Source of the DNA: a virus
IMG/VR virus record: IMGVR_UViG_3300048905_000037
Location: 1 to 42,722 of that record
Reading direction: 5' to 3' (one strand)
Length of the DNA stretch: 42,722 bases
A program made the translations under genes and the position numbers. This document shows positions 33,550 through 41,319 of this stretch, one piece after another. The stretch's first letter is position 1. The number at the start of each line of letters is the position of its first letter. Below the pieces are notes generated by a model that ran no database searches, was not told the DNA's origin, and saw only the letters and a list, made by a program, of their open reading frames with translations.

Positions 33550-34289
33550 TGCGCTTCCACCCGCATTGCGTCGGCCTGCTGATGGGCGATGCTCAATCGA
33601 TCGATACGTCGCTGCTGCCGGCGGAACTGCTGCCCGTGGCAGCGAAGGCCCGCAAGACCGATGCCGATAAAGAACTGCTGGCCCCCTACAAAGAGATGTC
33701 GCTCTCGGCCGGCGCCAAGACGTTCTTGAAGACGCTCGCCAAGGAATATCTGCTCAGCTATCACAAGGTGGTCGACACCAAGTACATGGACAAAGGCCTG
33801 GCTCTGGAAGACGCGGCGATCCAGTTCCTCAACAATCAGCGCTTCAAAAACTATCGCAAGAACATGGAGCGTCGTGTGGACGATCTCCTGACCGGCGAGT
33901 GCGACATCTACGAGCCGGGCGTGAAAACCATCGACATCAAGGTTTCGTGGTCGCTGGACACCTTCCCGCTACTGGCCGAGGATGCGCACGACACGCTGTA
34001 CGAGTGGCAGGGCCGCGCCTACATGAAGCTTTGGGACGTACCGGAGCACGAGGTTGTACACGTAATGCTTGATACGCCCGACGAGTTGATCAAGTGGGAG
34101 CAGCGCGAGCTTCACGAAGTGGCGCGCATCGACCCGGCCATGCGCATTACGAGCATCACCTACAAGCGCGACATGGAGATGGAGCGCCGGCTGAGCGACA
34201 AGTGCCGCGTGGCGCGCGCCTACCTCGCCAGCCTGATCAACCGGATGTTGGCCGAACATGGCCGAGAGCTGTTGCAGGAGGCAGCATGA
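33546..34289 (+). CDS. PD-(D/E)xK (YqaJ/lambda-Exo-like) exonuclease
   Basis: GECDIY...TIDIKVSW fits D...(D/E)xK. It pairs with the annealing protein. Confidence 0.55.
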   Translation: MMRFHPHCVGLLMGDAQSIDTSLLPAELLPVAAKARKTDADKELLAPYKEMSLSAGAKTFLKTLAKEYLLSYHKVVDTKYMDKGLALEDAAIQFLNNQRFKNYRKNMERRVDDLLTGECDIYEPGVKTIDIKVSWSLDTFPLLAEDAHDTLYEWQGRAYMKLWDVPEHEVVHVMLDTPDELIKWEQRELHEVARIDPAMRITSITYKRDMEMERRLSDKCRVARAYLASLINRMLAEHGRELLQEAA

Positions 34290-34747
34290 AAGAACTCGTC
34301 CTCACCAAGGCCCCGGGCGGCGTCTTGATCCCGATCGACCCGCAGGCAGCGGCCTATATCGCCGGTTTGAAGCTGGGCCAGGGCGTCACCGCGACCGTGA
34401 AGCGGCATCGGAATCCGCGCTTTCACCGCAAGTTCATGGCCCTGCTGAATCTCGCGTTCGACCACTGGGAGCCAGTTGCAGCGACCTACAAAGGGCAGGT
34501 GGTCGGTAAGAACTTCGACCAGTTCAGGCGAGATATCACGATCCTGAGCGGCCACTATGAGATGGCGGTGAACCTCAAGGGCGAGACCCGGCTGACGGCC
34601 AAGTCGATCAGCTTCGCCAACATGAGCGAAGAGGAGTTCGGCGACCTGTACAACGCGGCCTGCAACGTGATCCTGGCGAAGGTGCTCCAGAACTACGACC
34701 GCGAGCAACTGGACGCCGTGATGGACCGCCTGACCGGCTTCCTATAA
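34286..34747 (+). CDS. DUF1367-family phage protein
   Basis: Matches in LVLTKAPGGVLIPIDPQ, RNPRFHRKFMALLNLAF and AKSISFANMSEEEFGDLYN fit the DUF1367 pattern. Confidence 0.7.
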   Translation: MKELVLTKAPGGVLIPIDPQAAAYIAGLKLGQGVTATVKRHRNPRFHRKFMALLNLAFDHWEPVAATYKGQVVGKNFDQFRRDITILSGHYEMAVNLKGETRLTAKSISFANMSEEEFGDLYNAACNVILAKVLQNYDREQLDAVMDRLTGFL

Positions 34748-34766
34748 CCACAAGAGAGAGACAGTG

Positions 34767-35510
34767 ATGACCCAAGAATTCGAAACCACGCGCACCGAAC
34801 TGGCTAACCACTTTGCAACCGCCGGCGCCGCTCTGCTGGACCACATGGGCTGCACGGCAGCGGTGGCAGCAATCCCAAACACGACGGACTATGCCGTCGC
34901 CGGGTCGCTGGCGGGCATCCTGTCATTGGCAGGGACGATGCTCCCGGCCGCAGCAGTAGAGAAGCCAACCGGCGATCTGACGGATGAACAAATTCTCGTT
35001 CTTGCGAGGCAAGAGGCTGATGAGTGGGAGCATTCGTTTATCTTCAACAAAGAAGACCGATTCTCCGTCTTAACCTTCGCCCGCGCCATCGAGCGCGCTG
35101 CTATTGCCGCTCACCTCGCCAAAGAACCGAGAGCAGAGCAGCCGGCAGCGTGGTTCAAAGGGAAGATCGACGCGGGCGATTACGACCGTGAGGCCGGGAC
35201 AATGCGCATCACGGTCAAGCTACCGTTTGCCGGTCTACCGGAAGCGCTTCTCACCATCGGCGCCAACGCATGCATTTCCGCCGCTCCGGTAGCTCAGGCC
35301 GTTGCACAGGAAGCCCAGCATAAGGCAGTGCCGGAAGAAGTCGCTGGCGTGAACATCGCCCGACTGCTGCGCAACCTGGATGAAACCAACTACAACGAAG
35401 GCGCGATGGACTTGGCTTGCCGCCTGTCGGACTGCCGCGCTGTTATCAAAGAACTGCTTGCTGCTCCGGGCGCACAGGAAGCCGCCATTGACATTCCCCC
35501 TCGACCTTAA
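34767..35510 (+). CDS. Hypothetical protein (247 aa); its C-terminus abuts and overlaps the tnpB 3' end
   Basis: ATG at 34767 after GAGAGAG. The stop TAA (35508-35510) shares TTAA with the tnpB stop. Confidence 0.55.
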   Translation: MTQEFETTRTELANHFATAGAALLDHMGCTAAVAAIPNTTDYAVAGSLAGILSLAGTMLPAAAVEKPTGDLTDEQILVLARQEADEWEHSFIFNKEDRFSVLTFARAIERAAIAAHLAKEPRAEQPAAWFKGKIDAGDYDREAGTMRITVKLPFAGLPEALLTIGANACISAAPVAQAVAQEAQHKAVPEEVAGVNIARLLRNLDETNYNEGAMDLACRLSDCRAVIKELLAAPGAQEAAIDIPPRP

Positions 35511-35640
35511 TTGGCGGGGATTCCCTCCGCAGGCGCTTGATGTCCCAAGCGGGAAGAGAACCTGGACAGAATATTTTTGGCCGCATTCACATCACGATCA
35601 TGAACGCAACCGCACTCCGTACAAGCCCACTCCCTTATTC
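35400..35640 (-). ncRNA. Expected location of a TnpB omega RNA (reRNA); boundaries not determined
   Basis: Placed by analogy with characterised TnpB elements, where the guide RNA overlaps the 3' end of tnpB and runs into the right end. Only short GC stems were seen by eye. Confidence 0.3.
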
Positions 35641-36614
35641 CAAGGCCTGCGATACCTTTCGGCCGCGAATCGGGCAGAGCGCCGCAATTCGAACAGGTTT
35701 GGGTGGTGAAACCTTCATCAACTTCCTCGTACCACGCGCCATGCTTAATAGCCTTGTACGCGAGCATGTTTCGGAAGGACGACCAGCCGGCATCAAGAAC
35801 GGATTTCGCCATGCTGGTTTTCGTGAGCTTAGCAGCATTCACATTGCCTACTGCGATGTAATCGAAATCCCGCACGATTCGATGCGACAGCTTGTGCAGG
35901 AAGTCGCGGCGGCAGTTCCCGATTTTCGCGTGGATGTTCCTGGCCTGCCGTGCTTTTCGCGCGCGCTGGGCTTTGGCAAGGGCTTCTGCAAGTTGTCTAA
36001 GGTGTCGCGGGTTTTCGATCTTTTCTCCGTTGGAGAGGGTCGCGAAATCCTTAAGCCCCAGATCGATACCAGCGCCTGCAACGGGGGCGCGCGCGGCGCC
36101 GTCATCGACTTCGATGACGATATTCAGAAACCAGTTGCCGCGCGAGTCAAGCGAAAAGTTCGTGCCATCTTTGATTTTGCCTTCGGGCAGACGGCGCGAG
36201 TTGAAAACTCGGTATGTACTCCCGTAAAAACGGAAGGCGTCGCCTTCGCGCTTGAGGTCGGAGCCCTTAAGGGGAATCCAGCCAAGGGATTTTCGACCAC
36301 GGTAGCGAAGGTAAGGGCGGTTGCGTTGAATTCGGCTTTGGGCGTACTTCTGGCACACCGCATTAATCGTGTTGGAGCTAAGGCCAAGTTCCTTGCTGCT
36401 GCCTGCCGTCAGGTAGTTGAGGTCAAACCCGCTCAGCCACTTCTTTCCCCATTTCAGCGCGTCCTTCTGCCGATCATTGCAGTAGTTGAAAACGAAATTT
36501 ACCGCCCTGGCCTGCTTATTCAGTAGGCCAGTTAGAGACTTAACTCGATAGCGATACACAAGGATCATAAAACAAATGATAAATGAAAATTCAGACCGAG
36601 AGCGCGCCGACCTC
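35469..36614 (-). mobile_element. Putative TnpB-only IS200/IS605-family-like insertion; provisional boundaries set by the flanking direct repeat
   Basis: It is the only opposite-strand gene in the operon. It is flanked by CTtGCTGCTCCG (35457-35468) and CTcGCTGCTCCG (36612-36623). No terminal inverted repeats and no transposase were seen. Confidence 0.35.
35507..36568 (-). CDS. tnpB: TnpB-family protein (IS200/IS605 OrfB; RNA-guided nuclease fold), 353 aa, no partner TnpA
   Basis: The ATG at 36568 starts MILVYRYRVKSL...AVNFVFNYC. RuvC-I is GIDLGLKD (D169). It has the AKSVLDAGWSSFRNMLAYKA motif, a zinc ribbon TCSNCG...CTECG and RuvC-III HDRDVNAAKNIL. The longer ORF-track N-terminus (to 36862) is antisense junk. 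Confidence 0.85.
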   Translation of the reverse strand: MILVYRYRVKSLTGLLNKQARAVNFVFNYCNDRQKDALKWGKKWLSGFDLNYLTAGSSKELGLSSNTINAVCQKYAQSRIQRNRPYLRYRGRKSLGWIPLKGSDLKREGDAFRFYGSTYRVFNSRRLPEGKIKDGTNFSLDSRGNWFLNIVIEVDDGAARAPVAGAGIDLGLKDFATLSNGEKIENPRHLRQLAEALAKAQRARKARQARNIHAKIGNCRRDFLHKLSHRIVRDFDYIAVGNVNAAKLTKTSMAKSVLDAGWSSFRNMLAYKAIKHGAWYEEVDEGFTTQTCSNCGALPDSRPKGIAGLGIREWACTECGCVHDRDVNAAKNILSRFSSRLGHQAPAEGIPAN

Positions 36615-37013
36615 GCTGCTCCGACCAGCACCGCTACCGCGTCGGGCAGCGCACAGAGCGACCTAACGACTGTTGACTGCATCGAGTGCGGCGGCAGCGG
36701 CGAAATGTTCGGCGGCTTTGGGTGCGACGAGTGCGACGGCCAAGGAAAGCTCATCGTGTCGCGGAAGGACATGGCAGAGCTTACCAGCGCACAGGCCAGC
36801 CAGGCAGCTGCATCCGAGGTACGCGATGCTGCGCTGGAAGAAGCGGCGAAAGTGGCAGACACACACTGCTACGGCCCCTGCGGAGAATACGACTACTCCT
36901 ATAACGACGCATCGGCAAAAGCTGACGAACGTGCCGAGCAGATCGCCAGCGCAATCCGGTATCTGCGCACCAATCCCGCTACCCCGGCCAGCAAAGGAGA
37001 GGGCCATGAGTGA
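36576..37013 (+). CDS. Hypothetical protein with a DnaJ-type CxxCxGxG zinc-finger motif
   Basis: CIECGGSGEMFGGFGCDECDGQGK. The ATG at 36576 is only 7 nt from the divergent tnpB start. Confidence 0.55.
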   Translation: MINENSDRERADLAAPTSTATASGSAQSDLTTVDCIECGGSGEMFGGFGCDECDGQGKLIVSRKDMAELTSAQASQAAASEVRDAALEEAAKVADTHCYGPCGEYDYSYNDASAKADERAEQIASAIRYLRTNPATPASKGEGHE

Positions 37014-37359
37014 TCGCCAATACCCTCGCCAGGCATGGGTGCTGTCGCCCTCATTCAGACCCAAGCAAGTAACTCTCGTGAAGAAGGCGTACGGCTACAG
37101 CACGACGTTTTCAGGCTTTGACGAAGCCGATTCCGGCAAGACCTACAACGTAGCGGAACTCTATAACACGCCAGGCGAGGCAATCGCAGCGGGGCGAGAG
37201 AAAGTGAAGGCACTACAAGCTGACATCGCCAAGCGCCAAGAGACGGTCAACAAGCGCATCGTCGCGCTCGACAAAGCCGAGAAGGCTACTCAGTCTACCA
37301 CCGCAGCCAATAGCAAAGCTGGAACAGCTAACACCCTGGAAGGTGGCGAACATGAATGA
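37006..37359 (+). CDS. Hypothetical protein (117 aa)
   Basis: The ATG at 37006 follows AAAGGAGAGGG and overlaps the upstream 3' end. Confidence 0.5.
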   Translation: MSDRQYPRQAWVLSPSFRPKQVTLVKKAYGYSTTFSGFDEADSGKTYNVAELYNTPGEAIAAGREKVKALQADIAKRQETVNKRIVALDKAEKATQSTTAANSKAGTANTLEGGEHE

Positions 37360-37486
37360 CCACCTCTTGCGGGAACGCGCACGGCAGTGGCGCGAATGGG
37401 AGAAGCGCCGAGCCGCTTACCAGCGCGCCGAGCAAGTCCAGACCAAGGGATCAGCTAACACCGTGAGTGGGGGCGGCCATGCTTGA
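37352..37486 (+). CDS. Possible small protein (44 aa)
   Basis: Hand-translated as MNDHLLRERARQWREWEKRRAAYQRAEQ.... It overlaps both neighbours. Confidence 0.3.
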   Translation: MNDHLLRERARQWREWEKRRAAYQRAEQVQTKGSANTVSGGGHA

Positions 37487-37679
37487 GCGCGCATCGCCCG
37501 CAGACCTCCGCAAGGCACTGGAGCTGGCAAACGTCTTTGTAAAGCTGGGCGTCAACTTCGTCCCGGTGCCAGTCGCCAACGCTGAAGAACAACGCGCGCT
37601 TGTCGAGCAGGCGCTTACGAAGCTGGAAGAACTCGAACAATCCGCCAAGCGCGCACAGAAAGGACAGACAAATGAATAA
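37479..37679 (+). CDS. Hypothetical small protein
   Basis: The ATG at 37479 starts MLERASPADLRKALELANVFVKLG.... Confidence 0.45.
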   Translation: MLERASPADLRKALELANVFVKLGVNFVPVPVANAEEQRALVEQALTKLEELEQSAKRAQKGQTNE

Positions 37680-39327
37680 GACCAACACCACCGCGCAAGG
37701 CGCAATTGCAGGCGAAGGCCTGGACGAAGCCACCATCATTAAGCTCGCAAAGAAGGCTGGATTTACCTTTACTCGCATTCTCTCACGTGGCCCTGAGCTC
37801 ATGGCTGGCAATGCTGAAGCACACCACAGGCTGCTGCAATTTGCCGATCTCTTGACTGAGCAGGTAGTCACCCGGCCGCGCGCCGAGCAGGCGTACGACG
37901 GCGTTACCCGCGAAAGTGCGCTGGTCGCCATCGATTATGTAGACCGCAGCAATGCCCCCGGAAGAAAGAGAGAGGCAATCGCCATGCTTTCCGCGCTCAC
38001 CCAGCAAGCCGCGCCCGAAGCACCGACCGACGACCGGATCAAGCTGTATCAGCCGGGCCAATGGTTCGACGCATGCACGGTTGACGAAATGCAGGCGTTC
38101 TACTTGTCTCGCTTGCCCGCAATTCGCGAGGCGGCGAAGGAACACGGCTACGCCATCGGTCTTCATGGCTCGACACGTCGCGATTTCGATCTGATGGCCA
38201 TGCGGTGGCGTGAAGGTGCATCCGATAAGGACACATTGGCGCGCGCAATTGCCGATGCAGCGTGCGGCATTCGACGCGAAGGCGCATACGACTGGGAAGC
38301 GAAGCCCAGCGGGCGTGTTGCAACCTCAATCCCGATTTGCTGGACAGCCCACGATAACCCCGACTTCGACAACATGGTGAGCGCCGGTCACATCGACTTG
38401 TCGGTAATCGAGCCCGCACCAACTGAGATTGTGGCCGACGTGGTTCTTACACGAGATGCGATCACAGACCGATTGAGCAGCAACGTAAAGTGGCGCAACG
38501 CCGCTACCCAGCAAGCCACCCTAGTCGCGCCAACCGATCCGCAGGCTGTCTATCAGGTGGACTTGGAAAACGGCGGGTGCTGGATGGATATCGACGCCGC
38601 CGAAGTGTCGGACTGGGAAAAGCGCAAGTTCAAGGTGCGCAAGCTTTACGCATCCCCTGCGGCCACCACGGCAAGCGCGAGCACCGATGTGCAAGCTTCG
38701 TTTGAGGCGTGGGCGATGTCGCATGGCGGCCTGCCGTTGGATCGCGCTGGCGACCATCTGGAAACAGATGACGGCCTGCTGCACTTCCCTACCTATAAGT
38801 TCGGGCGCACGGAAATCGCATGGCGTGCTTGGGCAAACCGCCGCGCTCCAGCACCCAGCCAGGAAGCTGCGCCTGTCGGCCCAGCGCTGCGGGAATTGAC
38901 GCGGGCAGTTGTCGCGCGCCTGGGCTGGACCATCAACGGCACGTTCGTCGTCACGAAATCTGGCGACAACCTGCACACTGCCGACGCAGTCGCGTTCGTC
39001 CACGCAGCCCTTGCCCAGCAAGGCGCAGCACAGGACCAAGAAGCCGTGTTCAAATTCGCCATCGAGGTCGAGAAGATGCTGTGTGCCGCACTCGGACGCG
39101 AATGGTCAACCGCCGGCATCAGCATCGAATCGCTGATCGCGGAACTGAAAGCACAGGCAGCGCATGCTGGCGCGCCATCGTTGCAAGTGGCAATCACTAT
39201 TTGCGAACAGGTTCTGGAATCACAGTCCCGCGCGCACTTTACCGGCACGACCAAAATCGGCATCGAAAGCTGCATCACCGCTCTCGGTGCTGCTATCGCC
39301 GCTAATACGTCACTGGAGAAGAAATAA
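37672..39327 (+). CDS. Large hypothetical early protein (551 aa)
   Basis: ATG at 37672. It has ordinary composition throughout. The central segment is HGYAIGLHGSTRRDFDLMAMRW...KPSGRVA. No family securely recognised. Confidence 0.6.
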   Translation: MNKTNTTAQGAIAGEGLDEATIIKLAKKAGFTFTRILSRGPELMAGNAEAHHRLLQFADLLTEQVVTRPRAEQAYDGVTRESALVAIDYVDRSNAPGRKREAIAMLSALTQQAAPEAPTDDRIKLYQPGQWFDACTVDEMQAFYLSRLPAIREAAKEHGYAIGLHGSTRRDFDLMAMRWREGASDKDTLARAIADAACGIRREGAYDWEAKPSGRVATSIPICWTAHDNPDFDNMVSAGHIDLSVIEPAPTEIVADVVLTRDAITDRLSSNVKWRNAATQQATLVAPTDPQAVYQVDLENGGCWMDIDAAEVSDWEKRKFKVRKLYASPAATTASASTDVQASFEAWAMSHGGLPLDRAGDHLETDDGLLHFPTYKFGRTEIAWRAWANRRAPAPSQEAAPVGPALRELTRAVVARLGWTINGTFVVTKSGDNLHTADAVAFVHAALAQQGAAQDQEAVFKFAIEVEKMLCAALGREWSTAGISIESLIAELKAQAAHAGAPSLQVAITICEQVLESQSRAHFTGTTKIGIESCITALGAAIAANTSLEKK

Positions 39328-40136
39328 TGAGCCAATACCGAAAAAAGCCCGTCGTGATCGAAGCTGTCCAATGGCCGGGAACGAAGTTCGAAAGCGCACC
39401 ACCGCAATGGTTCATCGACGCCATGCACATCACTCCAGGTCAGCCGGGCATGGTGATGCGCTGGGAGTACGACATCCTCATTGAGACACTGGAAGGCCAG
39501 ATGCGCGCGAAGCCAGGCGATTGGATCATCCGTGGCGTGAAAGGTGAGCTTTACCCCTGCAAGCCCGACATCTTCGCTGCTACGTACGAGGACGCCGCCC
39601 CTATGGGTCAAGAACTGCCGCCGCACGATTCCACCGGAAGCATCGACGCCAATAAGTTGGAAGCGATGGCCAAAGAAATGCCTGATGAGTGCTTCCTCAA
39701 GGGCAGCGGCGTGTTGAAGCTGCTCTCAGCCATCCGCCACCTGGAGCGCGAGCTGGCAGCAGCGCGAGAAGTCGGCAAGCACCTGTTCAACGCCGTGGCC
39801 GACCAGGGCGAGCTGGCAGAACGGAAGCAGGCGAGCATCGACTCAGTCGAGTTCCATGACGTGATGGACAAGTACGACGACGAGATGTCTTACGGATCAA
39901 TCATAACGGCGAGGCGCGCCCTCATCGCCTACATCGACGGTCGCAGTGCTGGAACTACGCCGGCAGGCTACAAGTTGGTGCCGCTGGTCGCCACCAAAGA
40001 CATGTTGCACGCCGGGATGCGCTACTTCAGCGGCAGACGCGAACCCGCCACCGAAGCGTGGCAAGTCTATCAACGGATGATCGCTGCCGCTCCTACACCT
40101 ACCAATAGTGGAAGAGAGGAAGCCAATGCGAACTGA
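39327..40136 (+). CDS. Hypothetical early protein (269 aa)
   Basis: The N-terminal KKPVVIEAVQW...PGDWIIRGVKGELYPCKPDIFAATYE is a recurrent phage domain of unknown function. Confidence 0.6.
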   Translation: MSQYRKKPVVIEAVQWPGTKFESAPPQWFIDAMHITPGQPGMVMRWEYDILIETLEGQMRAKPGDWIIRGVKGELYPCKPDIFAATYEDAAPMGQELPPHDSTGSIDANKLEAMAKEMPDECFLKGSGVLKLLSAIRHLERELAAAREVGKHLFNAVADQGELAERKQASIDSVEFHDVMDKYDDEMSYGSIITARRALIAYIDGRSAGTTPAGYKLVPLVATKDMLHAGMRYFSGRREPATEAWQVYQRMIAAAPTPTNSGREEANAN

Positions 40137-40503
40137 TCGTGAAGTTTTGGAGCTGGCAGCAAAAGCCGCTGGATTTGGTGGGCCTGAGCATAAGTTCCGC
40201 TGGACCGAAAGTGAATACCCGCGCGGATCGGATCAGCATGGCGCTCTCTGGAACTATATCGGATACATGGACACGGCTGTTCTTTGGAACCCGCTTACTG
40301 ACGACGGCGATGCGCTGCGCCTGGCGATAGATAAGGGAATCCAGTTCGGGTTGACGCTGGAAGATGCGCGCGGCTATGCCGAGTGCGAGAACGTCTACAT
40401 CGAATTTGAATGGGATATGCAGCGCCCGAGTGATCGCTACGAGGCTGTCCGCCGCGCCATTGTGCGCGTAGCTGCTGAATCGATCGCCACCAAGGAGACA
40501 TGA
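40126..40503 (+). CDS. DUF2591 / N4-gp49-like small phage protein (paralog of 20212-20619)
   Basis: The ATG at 40126 follows GAGAGGAAG. The shared motifs are listed under 20212-20619. Confidence 0.6.
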   Translation: MRTDREVLELAAKAAGFGGPEHKFRWTESEYPRGSDQHGALWNYIGYMDTAVLWNPLTDDGDALRLAIDKGIQFGLTLEDARGYAECENVYIEFEWDMQRPSDRYEAVRRAIVRVAAESIATKET

Positions 40504-40504
40504 A

Positions 40505-41140
40505 ATGGACGCATCACAAATCGAAAAGATGAAAGCGCTAGCACTGGCGGCAACGAAAGGGCCGTGGCATTGGGTGAATCCCGAAGACGATCAGCCACGC
40601 GAGCCAGGAGAGTGGCGCAGCAGTTTGCGCACGGTTGCAGAATTCCCGGTATCGACTCCAGGCTGGACGTTGCCAAAGTTCATTGTTGATGCTGATTGCA
40701 TCGGCGACGAGAACATGGACGCCAACGCCAGCTTCATAGCCGAGTGCAACCCCGCTGCTGTGCTTGAACTGATCGCCAAGCTGGAGCGTGCAGAACGTGC
40801 GCTGGCGCGCGGCGGGTTTGAAGACCTCGGCGGTCAAGAATGGAAGCCGCCACTCGGCCAGCCGCCACGCTTCATTGAGGTCCCGGCTCCCGCATCTGGA
40901 ACAGAGAAGGATGCAGCGCGGTATCGGTGGATCAGCGCGCGAACCGAAAAGGAAGGACGGGATGGCGGATGGATTGGCTATTTCAGGTTGCCAATGGTTG
41001 ACGGATGGAACGACACGCCGTACGCAGCCAAACGCAAGGAAGCGTTCCACTACAGCACGCTTGACGAAGCCATCGACGCAGCTATTGCTGCGCACACCAA
41101 AGCCGGGAAGCCGGAAGAACAACAGGAGAAAGCGCAATGA
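40505..41140 (+). CDS. Ead/Ea22-like protein
   Basis: MKALALAATKGPWHW and NASFIAECNPAAVLELIAKLERAE are typical of Ead/Ea22-like proteins. Confidence 0.6.
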   Translation: MDASQIEKMKALALAATKGPWHWVNPEDDQPREPGEWRSSLRTVAEFPVSTPGWTLPKFIVDADCIGDENMDANASFIAECNPAAVLELIAKLERAERALARGGFEDLGGQEWKPPLGQPPRFIEVPAPASGTEKDAARYRWISARTEKEGRDGGWIGYFRLPMVDGWNDTPYAAKRKEAFHYSTLDEAIDAAIAAHTKAGKPEEQQEKAQ

Positions 41141-41313
41141 TCGAACGCCAGCAGGAGCGCCGCAAGGGCGTGTCGTCGCACTTCACGAGTCCGATGAACG
41201 ATCGGCGCCGGCCGGACTATGAACGCCGCGGCAGAACGATGGTGCGCCCGATGCCGCTATCGATGGCCGTGCGAGGCGACAAGCGCAGGTTTGAAGAGAC
41301 GGGAATGGAATAG
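41137..41313 (+). CDS. Possible small basic protein (58 aa)
   Basis: Hand-translated, Arg-rich, with an ATGA overlap upstream. Confidence 0.3.
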   Translation: MIERQQERRKGVSSHFTSPMNDRRRPDYERRGRTMVRPMPLSMAVRGDKRRFEETGME

Positions 41314-41319
41314 GGGAGA

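Noticed and set aside
35537-36526. 329-aa plus-strand ORF covering the tnpB locus. It would keep the early-left operon on a single strand.
   Set aside because: Its sequence has no recognisable motifs. The minus-strand frame carries the full set of TnpB motifs (RuvC-I, zinc ribbon, HDRD), so the plus-strand ORF is the shadow.
35507-36568. Calling the TnpB homolog a nuclease-dead TldR-type repressor outright.
   Set aside because: RuvC-I Asp, the HDRD motif and the complete zinc ribbon are retained. A plausible relocated Glu (E285) also exists. It is left as an open alternative in the findings rather than asserted.
36569-36862. 98-codon N-terminal extension of the tnpB ORF given by the ORF track (start at 36862).
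   Set aside because: The extension is Ser/Ala/Pro-rich junk antisense to the zinc-finger ORF. The TnpB-type N-terminus (MILVYRYRVKS) begins at the ATG at 36568.
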